A stretch of 64,000 nucleotides of DNA from Candidatus Poribacteria bacterium (GCA_965218095.1 OZ244587.1:833599-897598), one strand, 5' to 3'; positions 29,883 to 41,303 are shown, numbered from the stretch's first letter. Made by a program: numbers and translations. The notes: generated by a model from the sequence alone, not told the origin.

Positions 29883-31556
29883 ATGTCTTTGACCAATACA
29901 ACTCGACAGTCCCCAACTAAGTTGGGACAAAGGGAGTCGCCTCCACCCTATAAAATCATCTTCAACTGGGACGGGACGCCTGACGGTTACTCGGAATACC
30001 CTCAATCACTGGAGCAGTTGCTAGACATTGTCTACGCACCGATAGAGGACACGCAAATCGGGGCGCTGTTCTGGTGCCTGGGCGCCGAAGAAGCCAAGTG
30101 GCCCTCCGAGACCTTGCCGGTCATCGGGGAGGCGGAGAACTGCTTCTACGGCTCCGTGAAGAATATGCGCCGTGCCGAGGGGGTGCGAGCGATGTTTGAG
30201 CGCGGTGAAGAACTGTATGCGGCAATGGTCGAGCGAGGACATCAGATGGGCATCCACGTTTACTGCTCCATTCGGATGAATGACAATCACTTCTGGTCGG
30301 AGGCCGCTAGACGGGAGCCACCCCTTAATCCCGAAGAAATGGCGAAGACAGCAAGGCCCGGGCTGACACAATTTCGCAAAGACCATCCAGAATGGTGTCT
30401 CAGTGCCGACCACGCTCCCAGATGGGCGGCCACCTCCTGGAATATGGCCATCCCGGAGGTGAGAGAATACAGGTTGCGGTACATTACCGAGGCATGCCGA
30501 CTAGCAGACTGGGATGGCGTCGAGTTGGACTGGCAGCGACACGCTTTCCACCTTCCCGAAAATGATGCCTATCGACTTCATTACACCCTTACCGATTTGC
30601 AGCGGATGGTGCGCAGGCTGACAGACCAGATTGCTGCGGAGCGCGGCAGGGCCTTCTATGTAGCGGTACGCGTCGGTGCGTCAATGGAGACATGCCGGCG
30701 GGTCGGGTATGACGTTGAGACGTGGATGCAGGAAGGGCTTTGTGACATCGTTGCGACCAACGCGAACTCCGGCACCGATCCCGGGGTGGAGATCGAAACG
30801 TTCCTCGAGCTTGCTAAAGGCGGGGAGATAAAGTTGTATCCGGGCTTCGACAGTCACTGGGAGTCCGGGAAAGGACGCTTGATTGGATCGCGGGTATGGC
30901 TGGAAGCATGGTATCGCGGTTTAGCAAAGGGCTACTTCGATCGTGGCGCCGACGGGGTACACATCTTCAACTGGCATGCCAACAGATATACACATCACTC
31001 GCTTTTGACGACGATTGGCGCGCCCGAGACGCTAAAGCAGAAGGACAAAGTCTATTCCGCTGTCAAACGTCATATTCGGGCGAGGAGCGAATTGCGCTAC
31101 GGCGCAGAGCGGGATGACCGTCTCTATGGTGAAACGCCCGTCGCACTGTACCACACACTGACTGGAGATGGACCGAAGTTCCACATTCGTGTCCACGACG
31201 ATGTTGTGGCAGAAGCGAAGGCTGGCACCTTGGAAACCATCGGACTTCAAATCGAGTTGGCCCATTTCTCGCCGGCTGACAAGGTTGAGGTCACGCTGGA
31301 TGGTTGGCGACTGGCCGCCCCATCAATCCGTAACGTTGCCGGCGATGACCCCGACAACCCTTCCGATGTGGACGAGCATAGCTGGCTGGTGTGGGAACTT
31401 TCTCCAGAACAGGTTGCTTTGAATTTCGATCTTATCGGGGCAGACTGGGGCGTGCACGAAATTCAGGTCTGTTTGGTGAAGCAGGATGCGCGTATCCGTC
31501 CCCCGCTAGTTGTGGAGAATGTGGAGATCTACGTCAACTACTATGCTGTTAAATAA
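29883..31556 (+). CDS. Hypothetical protein, possibly a glycoside-hydrolase-like TIM-barrel protein
   Basis: 557-aa intact ORF in a GC-rich block next to Gfo/Idh/MocA genes. No family recognised with confidence. Confidence 0.55.
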   Translation: MSLTNTTRQSPTKLGQRESPPPYKIIFNWDGTPDGYSEYPQSLEQLLDIVYAPIEDTQIGALFWCLGAEEAKWPSETLPVIGEAENCFYGSVKNMRRAEGVRAMFERGEELYAAMVERGHQMGIHVYCSIRMNDNHFWSEAARREPPLNPEEMAKTARPGLTQFRKDHPEWCLSADHAPRWAATSWNMAIPEVREYRLRYITEACRLADWDGVELDWQRHAFHLPENDAYRLHYTLTDLQRMVRRLTDQIAAERGRAFYVAVRVGASMETCRRVGYDVETWMQEGLCDIVATNANSGTDPGVEIETFLELAKGGEIKLYPGFDSHWESGKGRLIGSRVWLEAWYRGLAKGYFDRGADGVHIFNWHANRYTHHSLLTTIGAPETLKQKDKVYSAVKRHIRARSELRYGAERDDRLYGETPVALYHTLTGDGPKFHIRVHDDVVAEAKAGTLETIGLQIELAHFSPADKVEVTLDGWRLAAPSIRNVAGDDPDNPSDVDEHSWLVWELSPEQVALNFDLIGADWGVHEIQVCLVKQDARIRPPLVVENVEIYVNYYAVK

Positions 31557-31632
31557 ATTCTGAATCCAATAAAAGGTGAGACGTGTATTTGTTGGAGCAA
31601 CGACGTAAGTCGTAACAAGGAAAGGAGCAACG

Positions 31633-32793
31633 ATGAGTAAGCCTAAGAAACCCAAATACCGGGTCGGGCTCATTGGCAGCGGCAGACAGGGAACACACCA
31701 CGCGCGGGCTTACGCGCTGCACCCGATGACTGAGGTCGGCGCCGTCGCTGATACCGACCCGGAAAATCTGGAACTATTCTGCGAACGCTTCAACGTGCCG
31801 GGCTATAGCAGCTATGAGGAGATGTTCAAGAACGAGCAGATTGACATTGCTGCGCCCACTCTACCGGTTCGAGCGAACCCCGATACCGTTGTTGCTTCGG
31901 CGCTGGCGGGCGTGAAGGCAATCTTCTGCGAGAAACCGCTTGCCGGTAGCCTAGAGGATGCCGATCGCATGGTGGAAGCATGTCGCTCTCGTGGAATCTA
32001 CTTCGCTGCGGGGCTTGTCAGTCGAAACTACCCGGAGTATTGGAAAGCCCGAGAACTTATTGAAGCAGGCGAAATTGGCGAGATAGCGAGCATCAACATC
32101 TACGATAAGAATGGTCAGGGCGGTTGCCACAGCATAAACGTGGCGTGCCATTTCGCGGGTGACGCCGATGTGGACTGGGTCGTGGGCTGGGCTGAGGGAG
32201 ACCCTTTCAGCGACTACGAAGAGGGCCATCGCGAGGGCGAAGCGGGATTCAAGGGGCTCGGCGGTTACATTCGCTTCTCCAATGGCGTCGAGTGCTTTAG
32301 CCATGTCAAGAACAGCGTCAGGAGTCGTCAAGGCGAAGCGGGGCGAGGGCTGGAAGTTGTGTGCAGCCACGGGGTGCTTTACAACGATAGCCGCGGCCTT
32401 CGCCTCTTGAAAACCACCGATGGAAACCTCGCCAATCTCGTAGAGGTCTCGGGCTTGTTCGAGGACACGCGGGCCGGTAAGATCGCTTACGATGAAGAAG
32501 GCTGGCGGATACCAACGCCGGGCACGACTGCAAGTGTGCAAGCCCTTGTCGATTCACTAGAGACGGGTGTACCGCTCAAGCTGACCACCGGCGAAGACTT
32601 GCGCAAGGCGCTGGAAATCTGCATCACCATGAGAGAATCGCACCGGCAGACCTATTCTCCGATTAAACTCCCCCTTGAGGACCGAAGTCTGAAGATGTTT
32701 CCAATCAACGCACGATGGAATTACAAAAAAGAGGTGTACGGCCGGGAACGGTACATGGCGGATATGGCAACATATATGAGCCATCCTCAATAA
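31633..32793 (+). CDS. Gfo/Idh/MocA-family NAD(P)-dependent oxidoreductase
   Basis: YRVGLIGSGRQGTHHARAY (Rossmann GxGxxG) ... AIFCEKP. Confidence 0.85.
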   Translation: MSKPKKPKYRVGLIGSGRQGTHHARAYALHPMTEVGAVADTDPENLELFCERFNVPGYSSYEEMFKNEQIDIAAPTLPVRANPDTVVASALAGVKAIFCEKPLAGSLEDADRMVEACRSRGIYFAAGLVSRNYPEYWKARELIEAGEIGEIASINIYDKNGQGGCHSINVACHFAGDADVDWVVGWAEGDPFSDYEEGHREGEAGFKGLGGYIRFSNGVECFSHVKNSVRSRQGEAGRGLEVVCSHGVLYNDSRGLRLLKTTDGNLANLVEVSGLFEDTRAGKIAYDEEGWRIPTPGTTASVQALVDSLETGVPLKLTTGEDLRKALEICITMRESHRQTYSPIKLPLEDRSLKMFPINARWNYKKEVYGRERYMADMATYMSHPQ

Positions 32794-32813
32794 TGTTAAA
32801 AGAAGGAGTCCTG

Positions 32814-33920
32814 ATGAACGAGCAGACAAAATATCGTGTCGGCGTCATCGGCTGCGGTAGGAAGGGGACCCATCACGCATTAGGTTATTGTGCGCATTCC
32901 TTAACCGAAATTGTCGCCGCGGCGGACACCGACCCCGAGAATCTGGAACTTTTTTGTGAACGATTCAATGTCCCAGGCTACGAGGATTACGAGGATATGC
33001 TCAAAAAGGAACAGATCGACATCGCCGCCCCGATTCTGCCCACTATTGCGAATCCAGAGGTTGTTCTCGGCTGTGCGGACGCGGGCGTCAAAGCCATTTT
33101 CTGCGAGAAGCCGATGTCCGCCAGCCTCGAGGATGCGGATCGGATGGTCGAGACTTGCCGCGCTCGGGGAATAAAATTCGCGGTGGGAGATGCGTTTCGG
33201 AATCTACCGCAATATTGGGCAGCAAGAGAGTTGATCCAGGCGGGTAAGATCGGCGAAGTTCTGAGCATCAATCTCTATGATGCGACAGGCACAATTTCTG
33301 GTGCCGGCTGCCAGGGCTTGAGCCTCATGCGCATGTTCGCATGGGATGCGGATGTTGATTGGGTGCTCGGGCATGTAATAACAGACCCATTCAGCGATAA
33401 TGACCAGGACATGGGTGGGTACGTCCATTTCACCAACGACATCGAGTGTTTCGTGCATGCGAGATCCGCCGCCCGACGGGGCATTGAGGTCATGGCCGAC
33501 CATGGGCTGTTCGCCAGCGACTATTATAGTTTCCACCTTTGGAAGCTAGATGAAGACGCCAACCCGCGTGCCGCAAAATTGTCAGAACTCAATGAAATTG
33601 CGGGGCCGTTTCCGGACGTAACGTATAGGCCAACCTACGATAGACAGGGAAGACGACTGCCGGGAGACCGTCAGATGGCGAGCATACAGTCCATCGTTGA
33701 CTCGATTGAGCAGGACATTGAGCCGCGGTGCAGCGGTAACAACATGCGAAAGGTACTGGAGCTCTCGATTGCACTTCGTGAATCCCACCGGCGCAATCAT
33801 GCCCCGGTCAAACTCCCCGTAGAAGACCGAAGCCTTAAAATTATACCCGTCCCCGCACGATGGCTGAACAAGAAGGAAGTCTACGGCAGGAAGTGGTACG
33901 CAGAACAGATAGGGAGTTGA
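32814..33920 (+). CDS. Gfo/Idh/MocA-family oxidoreductase (tandem paralog of 31633-32793)
   Basis: MNEQTKYRVGVIGCGRKGTHHALGY...AIFCEKP. RBS AAGGAG before the ATG at 32814. About 55-60% identical to the upstream paralog. Confidence 0.85.
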   Translation: MNEQTKYRVGVIGCGRKGTHHALGYCAHSLTEIVAAADTDPENLELFCERFNVPGYEDYEDMLKKEQIDIAAPILPTIANPEVVLGCADAGVKAIFCEKPMSASLEDADRMVETCRARGIKFAVGDAFRNLPQYWAARELIQAGKIGEVLSINLYDATGTISGAGCQGLSLMRMFAWDADVDWVLGHVITDPFSDNDQDMGGYVHFTNDIECFVHARSAARRGIEVMADHGLFASDYYSFHLWKLDEDANPRAAKLSELNEIAGPFPDVTYRPTYDRQGRRLPGDRQMASIQSIVDSIEQDIEPRCSGNNMRKVLELSIALRESHRRNHAPVKLPVEDRSLKIIPVPARWLNKKEVYGRKWYAEQIGS

Positions 33921-34090
33921 GACAAATCGTAAACCTTGACAAGGAATGGCAATCAAATAAGTCAGTCAAATGAACCACTAATGTTCAAATTTGGTCGTGG
34001 CTCAACTTACTACTAAAAACGCGAACAGAGGCGTTTAAGCGTATCGAAGCGTTTATCTCTGAGTATAGAAAAAACGCCTGCATTCGGCGG

Positions 34091-35418
34091 CTACCTGTCA
34101 CCGACCAAATTTGAGCAACAATTGTGACCTATTGAAGTATAACCCATTTCCTTCCATACCTTGTGGGCATAAGCAATAGCCACTTCACCCGGCGGATTGA
34201 ACCCCTTGACGCTGGGCGGCGGCTGACCGGGCTCACGGTGTTCAGGCCAAGGTGACCAGTAATCGTTCTCGTAAGCCTTGCGGACGGATTCCTCGCGAAA
34301 ATCGGGAATCTCAAACGGGGCACCGTTCTCCAAACAAGAACGCCACGCCTGAATGCCGACCATCGCCATCTCTAGCCCGCAATAAACGTCGAAATACGGC
34401 GGCTTGTTTTTGCGAATCGCCTTGGCGAAATGGTAGATTGTGAAGAAGTCGCCCCCGCTGTGGCCTGCCTGTCGCGCTTCCTCGGCGTAGTGGGGAAATT
34501 CGGGTTTGTAAATCTTTTCGCGTTCATCGCCCTTCCGCAGATTCCACGGTTCATGCTTCACCCGCAGGGCAGCTTTGTCCCCGGTTCGTAGGTTCTCCAT
34601 CAGTCCGCGCGTCCCATGATCTGATACCAGACGCTGTGGCCGCGCATCGTCAGCCCCATAATCCGCACGACCAATTCGTTGTCCATACGGCAGAGGATGA
34701 TGCCGCCGGGGTCGCCACGGCGGACATGCAATTTTTCGGCGTCGTTTTCGGAGCGGGGAATCGACAGCGCATTCACACTGACCGGATGGGTGTCGGTGAT
34801 GTACATAATCGGCGCAAGCGCGTGAGAGCAGTAATAGGTGGACGGAATCCAATTGCGCCAATGGTTCACCCCCGGTGATAATAAATTGATACCGCGTGAA
34901 TCGAAGGGGTGGTTATACTCTCCTTCCCCGTATTGCATCTCGCCGACCTCGCCGGCCTTGTAAAGGCGACGCATCTCCTGATTGTAGGCAAAATACGGGT
35001 AATTCTCGGCGAATAGATAGGTCTTGCCGCTCTCTTCCACGGCGCGTGCCAGAGCAACCCCGTCCGCGAGAGTCCCGCACGCCATCGTTTCACTCATCAC
35101 ATACAGCCCCGCCTCAAGGGCTTTGACAGCAAAGGGAGCGTGCTGGTGAAAGTAGTTTGCCAGAACAACGGCGTCCATGTCGTGAGAGAAAAACTGGTCG
35201 TAATCGGTGTACGTTGCGACGTTCAGCCGTTCACCTGCTTCGCGTAGCTTCGTCTCCCAAGTATCGCACAGCGCGACCAACTCCATGCCGACATGCTTCG
35301 CGCCATTCGCAAATCCTATTCCGCGTCCGACTCCAACGACGCCAACACGAATCTTATTTCTGTCTGTTTTCTTTGCCATGGACTTGTTCCTTCTATTTGA
35401 ACCTTGCGAAGGTTTCAA
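34091..35418 (-). CDS. Gfo/Idh/MocA-family oxidoreductase with an extended C-terminal domain; apparent frameshift at a C4/G4 homopolymer (34654-34657)
   Basis: The N-terminal ORF (34600-35418; RVGVVGVGRGIGF...) and C-terminal ORF (34091-34861) overlap in different frames. Adding one G restores ...VVRIMGADDARPQRLVSDHG..., which aligns with the paralogs. Confidence 0.7.
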
Positions 35419-35436
35419 ACTTTCGCAAGGTTTATC

Positions 35437-37054
35437 CTACGCGCACTGCAAGACCCGCCCGCTACGCTGCCTAGTCAACTCCCCATCTTTCAGGACGACC
35501 TTCCCATTCACGACAACATGGTGCATGCCGGCAGCGATCTGATTCGGTTCAAAGGTGGTGTCTCGCTCCGCGAAAGTCTCCGGATCGAAGATTGCCACAT
35601 CCGCCCACGCACCTCTGCGGAGAACACCCCGGTCGATCAAGCCAAGCCGGCTGGCAGCGAAGTAAGCCGCCGGATAGCTTCTGGCGGGCTGAACGTCTTT
35701 CTGTCGCGCACGAAATGGCGATAGAACCAGGCCCCCCATGTGTAGGCGCCGTGGAATGATGTTGCGCTCAACGGCCCATCCATCGCCAACGCCGTGGCGT
35801 CGGAGCCGATCATGCAGCAGGGATGCTCGAAGGCGATACGGATATCTTCTTCCCGATAGGTGAAGGCAATGACCATCAGGCTATGTAAGTGGCTTTGCAT
35901 CCCGGTCTTATCGGGGGTGTCCATTTCGGCGAGCAGGAGGTCGTAGATAGCGTCGAATGGGTCAACGCCCATTAATTCGCTGATTTCAGCGATGCTCTTG
36001 CGGGAGAATTCGGGGTGCGCCTTGCTGTCATAGAGAACGATTCTGCGCCAGTCCCTGCGTGCCAGCGCCGTGATGATACTGCGGTAGGTTTTCAACTCTC
36101 GGTGAGTGGCAACCGACCATAACCGCGCGGCAATGGCGGCCTTGTCCCCTTCCAGCGCCCAAGGCGGCAGGAGGGCGCTTAGATTGGTAGTTCCGAACAG
36201 CCGTGTGTGCATATCAAAACCAACATCTAACCCACCAGCCGATGCTTCATCGACTTGCCTGAGCGCATCTTCGACCGCCCACCGTCCATCTTCAGCCAAC
36301 CGCGCGACCACGGAGATGTGGGAAATCTGTAAAGGCAGGTTTGATGCGGTGACGGTCCGGATTGCCTCCACGATACTCTCCTGCGCTTCCCCCTCGCGAT
36401 TGCGGGTATGGGTCGCATAGAATCCCCCGGCGTTAGCAGCCACTCGACAGAGTTCGACGATCTCCGCTTCCGTACAGTCCCTTTCTGGCCCATATTCGAG
36501 CCCCGTGGAAAAACCAAACGCCCCTTCCTCCAGGCTCTGTGCCAGCAAGGTCTTCATCTGCTTAAGTTCATCCGGCGTTGAGGGACGGTCTACCAGTCCG
36601 GCGACAGCAAGGCGCAAATTGCCGTTCGGAACCAGGGATGCGACGTTGACCGCAGGCTTTCCCGCTTCAAGGCATTCGAGGTATTCAGCCATCGTGCGCC
36701 AGCTAATCTCGCGGCTCTCCTGGTGTCCGTAGATGTTCATTTTTGCCAATTCCGGGTCGCCGATGGGCGCACCCCCGTGGCCGCAGTTGCCAACGACTTC
36801 GAGGGGCACGCCCTGGGTTATTGAACTCATCGCCCGCGGATCGACGACCAGCGTAAAATCGGAATGGCTGTGAATATCAATGAAGCCGGGCGCGACAAAA
36901 AGACTTGAGCATCCAAGCATGGCACGCCCTCCCGTTTTTCGATTGCGCCAATGTCGAGGATTCGGCCATCTTTGATTGCCACATCTGCACGAAAAGGTGG
37001 GGCTGCGGTCCCATCAATAACAGTCCCATCATGAATCAGCAGATCAATGTTCAT
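35437..37054 (-). CDS. N-acyl-D-amino-acid deacylase (D-aminoacylase, amidohydrolase superfamily); two apparent frameshifts at homopolymers
   Basis: MNIDLLIHDGTVIDGTAAPPFRADVAIKDGRI...APGFIDIHSHSD...GRVLQCA is spread over three frames (ORFs 36827-37168, 35637-36920, 35437-35739). The junctions fall at an A5/T5 run (36897-36901) and a GG/CC run (35647-35651). Confidence 0.7.
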
Positions 37055-37085
37055 CTGTTTGTCCCTCCGGCTAAGATTCTGACCC

Positions 37086-37844
37086 TTACCTTGCCATCCA
37101 GCCCAGATCCATTGTCCAGTCCGCACCGGTGACGGCGCCGGCTGCCTCAGAGCACAGGTAAACGACAAGGGCTGCTACCTCCTCTGGTGTAATAAGCCGC
37201 TTGATGGTTGCTGGTTCTAACATCACTTGCTCGATCACTTCCTGGGCCGAAAGCCCGTGCGTACGCGCTTGATTAGCAATTTGGCTTTCAACCAGAGGCG
37301 TGCGCACGTAAGCCGGGCAGATAGCATTAACCGTAATACCGTGCTCGCCGCCCTCCAGTGCCGCTGCCCGCGTGAGGCCGATGAGGCCATGTTTGGCTGT
37401 CACGTAAGCACTCTTGAAGGGCGAAGCGACCCGTCCGTGAATGGAGGCGATGTTGACGATGCGTCCCCACCCACGGACTTTCATTGTCGGCCAGACATAT
37501 TTGGTCAGCAAGAAGGACGCGGTGAGCATCACTGCCAGCATTTCGTCCCAGGTGTCTTCAGGAAAGGTCTCAATGGGGTCAATATGCTGGAAACCTGCGT
37601 TATTGACCAGAATGTGAACCCCGCCGTAGTGAGCCAGTGTTTCGTCCACAAGGCGTTTGCAATCGGTCCGTTGCGAAAGATCTGCTTTCACGAAATGCCC
37701 ACCAACTGTGTCAGCGGTACCCTTTCCCTCAGCCTCATTCAAATCGGCAACGACCACTTGATTGCCGCCCTGCACAAGTGCTTCGGCGATGGCTCTGCCG
37801 ATGCCACTAGCTGCCCCGGTGACAATGGCGACACGTTCGCTCAT
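37086..37844 (-). CDS. SDR-family oxidoreductase (3-hydroxybutyrate dehydrogenase-like)
   Basis: [13 protein letters not shown] ... [14 protein letters not shown] ... SAYVTAKHG (catalytic YxxxK). Confidence 0.85.
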   Translation of the reverse strand: MSERVAIVTGAASGIGRAIAEALVQGGNQVVVADLNEAEGKGTADTVGGHFVKADLSQRTDCKRLVDETLAHYGGVHILVNNAGFQHIDPIETFPEDTWDEMLAVMLTASFLLTKYVWPTMKVRGWGRIVNIASIHGRVASPFKSAYVTAKHGLIGLTRAAALEGGEHGITVNAICPAYVRTPLVESQIANQARTHGLSAQEVIEQVMLEPATIKRLITPEEVAALVVYLCSEAAGAVTGADWTMDLGWMAR

Positions 37845-37957
37845 TTTCCATCTCCTCGCTGTTGTTAGCTGGCTTTGTCATGATTCAGAGAGGAGAATCT
37901 TTCAAAGCCGGTGTGTTGGGAACTTCAAGATAGAAAGAAGCGCATTCAATCTCCCAA

Positions 37958-38311
37958 TCAACCCATGACATACCATGACATAGGTTTCTCCAAAATTCCC
38001 TCAAGGCCAAAGATTAAATTCGCTTCATTATTATGTGGGAACGGTCCATCTTTCACTTTTCGCGCACTTTTGAATTGCCTCTGAATGGGCTCTCCAACAT
38101 ATTCAAAAACAGTCCGCTCAGATCTAACAACCCCCTCAAAAATCATCGTACAGTCCTTCAAATATAGGAGTCGATCCGATGGATTTAGCGGATGGTCTGG
38201 CATAATACCCAGATTATGAATTGCAACTATCAGCCGGTTGCCTTCTATCAATGGGGACTGAAGGTGACATTCAAAAAAATCATAATAATTATGATAGCCT
38301 GTTATTTTCAT
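37958..38311 (-). CDS. Hypothetical protein
   Basis: 117-aa ORF with no recognised domain; AT-rich. Confidence 0.35.
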   Translation of the reverse strand: MKITGYHNYYDFFECHLQSPLIEGNRLIVAIHNLGIMPDHPLNPSDRLLYLKDCTMIFEGVVRSERTVFEYVGEPIQRQFKSARKVKDGPFPHNNEANLIFGLEGILEKPMSWYVMG

Positions 38312-38369
38312 CTTATTTTTTCAAATATTGTTGTTCTGACTGCCAAATTCGGAATAGGAATGCCATTAG

Positions 38370-38622
38370 TCAAGCGAAAGACGAGATTAGAAAACCTCTC
38401 AGGCAGTTCCCCAAATTGTTGGATAACATATAAACCCAGCCGGTCGAGATCTTGTTGGGACGGGGATCTTCCATTTCTTGTCCCAAACCGTTGCGTGCAG
38501 TGGCATTTATGAAAACTTTTCCGCCTTTTTTCAGTACACGGGCAACTTCATCAAGAAATGCAGCACGTGGTCCACTTGCAATGATTTTATCCACCAAATT
38601 CTCATGAAAAGGCAAACTTATG
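38370..38622 (-). pseudogene. C-terminal fragment of a class I SAM-dependent methyltransferase, truncated by IS copy C
   Basis: ...FLDEVARVLKKGGKVFINATARNG. The N-terminal part of the listed ORF reads through the IS end and is artefactual. Confidence 0.55.
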
Positions 38623-39394
38623 CTAGGTTCTGTTGACATTTGAGTATAAGGTTGTGGCATATATAAGGTTGTGGCATAATAGAAGAATGATGCCAATAAC
38701 CTTACCCGATGACCAATGGAAAAAGATATACTCGTTTCTTCTAACTTGTCCCAACATCTATGTTGGCAACGAAGCGACAACACGCCGCTTTATCGAAGCT
38801 GTTCTCTGGGCGACCCGTAGCGGTGCTCAATGGAGACTTCTGCCAGACACCTATGGTAAATCGAACACCCTCTATAAGCGGTTTGCTCGGTGGTGCGACA
38901 AAGGGGTCTTCACACAGATCCACCACCACTTCGCCGCCGACCCCGATATCGAGTCGCTTATTGTGGACAGTACAATCATTCGAGCGCACCCGTGTGCGGC
39001 GGGTGCCGAAAAAAAAAGGGTGGCACTGAAAACCAAGCGTTAGGTCGCTCTCGCGGGGGATTCAGTACAAAAATTCACATCACAGTTGACGGCCTGGGTA
39101 ATCCACTAAGAATACATCTGACGCCCGGTCAAAGAAACGACATAGCAGAAGCAGAAGCGTTGATACTTGGATATAAAAGCGAGTATGTGATTGGAGACAA
39201 GGGATATGACTCCGACAATTTTATCGCGGTTATTGAGGCGAATGGAGCGATTGCGGTGATACCGCCAAAAAGTCATCGTGTGGATCAAAGAGATTACGAC
39301 AAACATCTGTACAAAGAGAGACATCGGGTTAAATGTTTCATTAACAAGATAAAATGGTATCGCCGCATCTTCTCTCGGTTCGAGAAGTTAGCTG

Positions 39395-40502
39395 AGGGGT
39401 GTGCATAAATATAGTTGACATAATCAAGCCAAAAGGGTTTCCTATTGTTATCATAGCAAAAGGAGCCCCAATATGGTACAAAGACCAATGTTGGCTGATT
39501 ATGTCACTCTTATTATGCAACTCTTTGAGCAGTTTATGCAACACCGTATTGACAAACCAGGTGTCACACACGCAAAACCATTGACATATTCAACCACCTC
39601 GTTTATCATTTTCTTCATGTTGATGCAGTTTCACGGCATCTATGGCTTCAAAACGCAATGGCGGTGGCTAATCAATCACCCAGAAGTGTTACAAATGCTG
39701 GGGTGGCAACAGCCCCCTCATCGAACCACGATTGCACGTCGCTATAAGGCATTATATGAAGTGATAGAGGCATTTGTATTGTTTATCGGTCAGTATGCCA
39801 CTGACTTGTCCCAACAATTCAACTTGGCTCATCTGGTAGCCGACAAAAGTTTATTTAAGGCACGAGGACCCGTCTGGCATCAAACTGACCGCAAAGCAGG
39901 AAAAGCACCTAAACATCTACGCAACCTCGACACCGATGCCACGTGGAGCAAGAGTGGTTATCATGGCTGGGTCTATGGCTACGGACTTCACATTATCTGC
40001 ACACAAGGTGCGTTCCCAACACTGATAACTGTGCACCGTGCGTCGGTCTCCGAAAGTTGGGCGATAGATGCTAAAGCGTCTGAGATTCTGACACAACTTT
40101 CACCGCAGACACTCACTGCCGATGATGCCTATACCCAAGCAGACCGTATCCGTCGTTGGGCGAAAGCACAAGTCGCTTTGATTACCCCGGCACTTAGATG
40201 GACAAAGGGACGGTTTGCCAAGGCGTATCATCGATTTATCAACCAACCCAAGCAGCGTCTCTGTTTAAGCAAACGTCGCAGTTCGGTTGAACCGTTGTTT
40301 GACTTGATTGCTAAAGTGATAGGCACCACTCCTCAACAGAAGCAGTTACCGGTCAAGGGGTTTTTCAATGTACGCTGTTGTTTAGCTATCGGGGTGTTAT
40401 CAGTGCAAGTGGCTATGATTGCCAATGCCATATGGAAGTTACCTGCTCGCAATATCTCTCATATGGCGGCTGTTTTCCAATGAACTACTATGCACACCCC
40501 TC
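39395..40502 (+). mobile_element. Compact IS (1108 bp) nested inside IS5 copy C
   Basis: Perfect 14-bp IRs gaggggtgtgcata / tatgcacacccctc. An 8-bp target duplication agttagct from the host IS. Encodes a single 336-aa transposase. Confidence 0.75.
39473..40483 (+). CDS. DDE transposase (IS4/IS701-like, DDE_Tnp_1 superfamily)
   Basis: DTDATWSKSGYHGWVYGYGLHI (first D region) ... TADDAYT ... RRSSVEPLFDLIAKVIG (Y-R-E-K signature). Confidence 0.75.
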   Translation: MVQRPMLADYVTLIMQLFEQFMQHRIDKPGVTHAKPLTYSTTSFIIFFMLMQFHGIYGFKTQWRWLINHPEVLQMLGWQQPPHRTTIARRYKALYEVIEAFVLFIGQYATDLSQQFNLAHLVADKSLFKARGPVWHQTDRKAGKAPKHLRNLDTDATWSKSGYHGWVYGYGLHIICTQGAFPTLITVHRASVSESWAIDAKASEILTQLSPQTLTADDAYTQADRIRRWAKAQVALITPALRWTKGRFAKAYHRFINQPKQRLCLSKRRSSVEPLFDLIAKVIGTTPQQKQLPVKGFFNVRCCLAIGVLSVQVAMIANAIWKLPARNISHMAAVFQ

Positions 40503-40583
40503 AGTTAGCTATCCGTTATTTTGGATTTCTCAGCTTTGTCTCCACTCTTATATGGCTCCCTTGAAATGTCAACAGAACCTAGT

Positions 40584-41118
40584 TTAGAGACTAAATTGAG
40601 CAATAGATAAAGGCACAAAGCCATCGTCATCAACGGGTAAGCCATCCCACTGCACCAACAGATTAAACACCGCCATCGTGAAACCGAGTCGTGTTTTGAA
40701 ATAAGCCCAACACCGATGCCCCACTTTCTTCAAATGACAGACTCGGGTCAACATTGATAAAACGGTCTCAACCCGCATCCGACCGTTCCACTCCCCACGG
40801 TGGCACAGCCGCAGGTTACAAGACACCCCATCAGCTTTGGCAAACCCTGTATCGGCAAAAACAACCATCTGCGCCTCAATCCCGATCTTATCGGGACAGG
40901 TGGAAGCGACTACCATCGTGTACATTGGCACTATCACAATCCCAGTCCACAATCAGCCCCAAATGGTTGAGTAGCAAACACAGCTTGCCGCCTACAATCC
41001 AGCGTTGATTGGATAGCCCTTTTCTACCGATTTGCTGCTGAGAGCGACCTTCTCGACGGGGGTGAATCAGTTCAATACCATAAGTGTCAATCACGCCGAT
41101 GAGTGAAGGATTTTCCAT
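40584..41118 (-). pseudogene. Remnant of a third DDE transposase type (IS4-like), frameshifted and truncated at the IS5 copy C boundary
   Basis: GVIDTYGIELIHPRREG...GRKGLSNQRWIVGGKLCLLLN...ANVHD (ORF 40888-41118) and ...RVETVLSMLTRVCHLKK... (40584-40952) lie in different frames. Confidence 0.55.
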
Positions 41119-41303
41119 GAAAATATCATCAGATGTTGATGATTGTTGAACAATCGAAACAAGCGGCTTCGCTCGGGTAAATTGGGGAACAAGGGTTTAT
41201 AATTGTTTTAACACCTTATAAGCGCAAACAGCAAGGCGATGGTAACCCCTTCAGAGGGATAGAGATTGGCTTGGCTATGCTTTTGGTTTTTGTTTTGTTG
41301 TGT

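Larger units (their letters stand above)
38623..40582 (+). mobile_element. IS5-family insertion sequence, copy C, interrupted by a nested IS
   Basis: Same IRs, with ctag on both flanks. There is a 16-bp tandem duplication (tataaggttgtggcat) in the left-end promoter region. orfA (38633-39043) ends after the A9G run. orfB (38890-39394) is cut by the insertion at 39395-40502; the copy resumes at ...gttagctatccg... up to the right IR. Confidence 0.85.

Noticed and set aside
31951-32541. 196-aa minus-strand ORF
   Set aside because: Antisense to the Gfo/Idh/MocA gene at 31633-32793. It is a GC-rich region artefact.
37227-37868. 213-aa plus-strand ORF
   Set aside because: Fully antisense to a well-conserved SDR dehydrogenase. 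It has a GC-rich Arg/Pro-heavy composition and no RBS.
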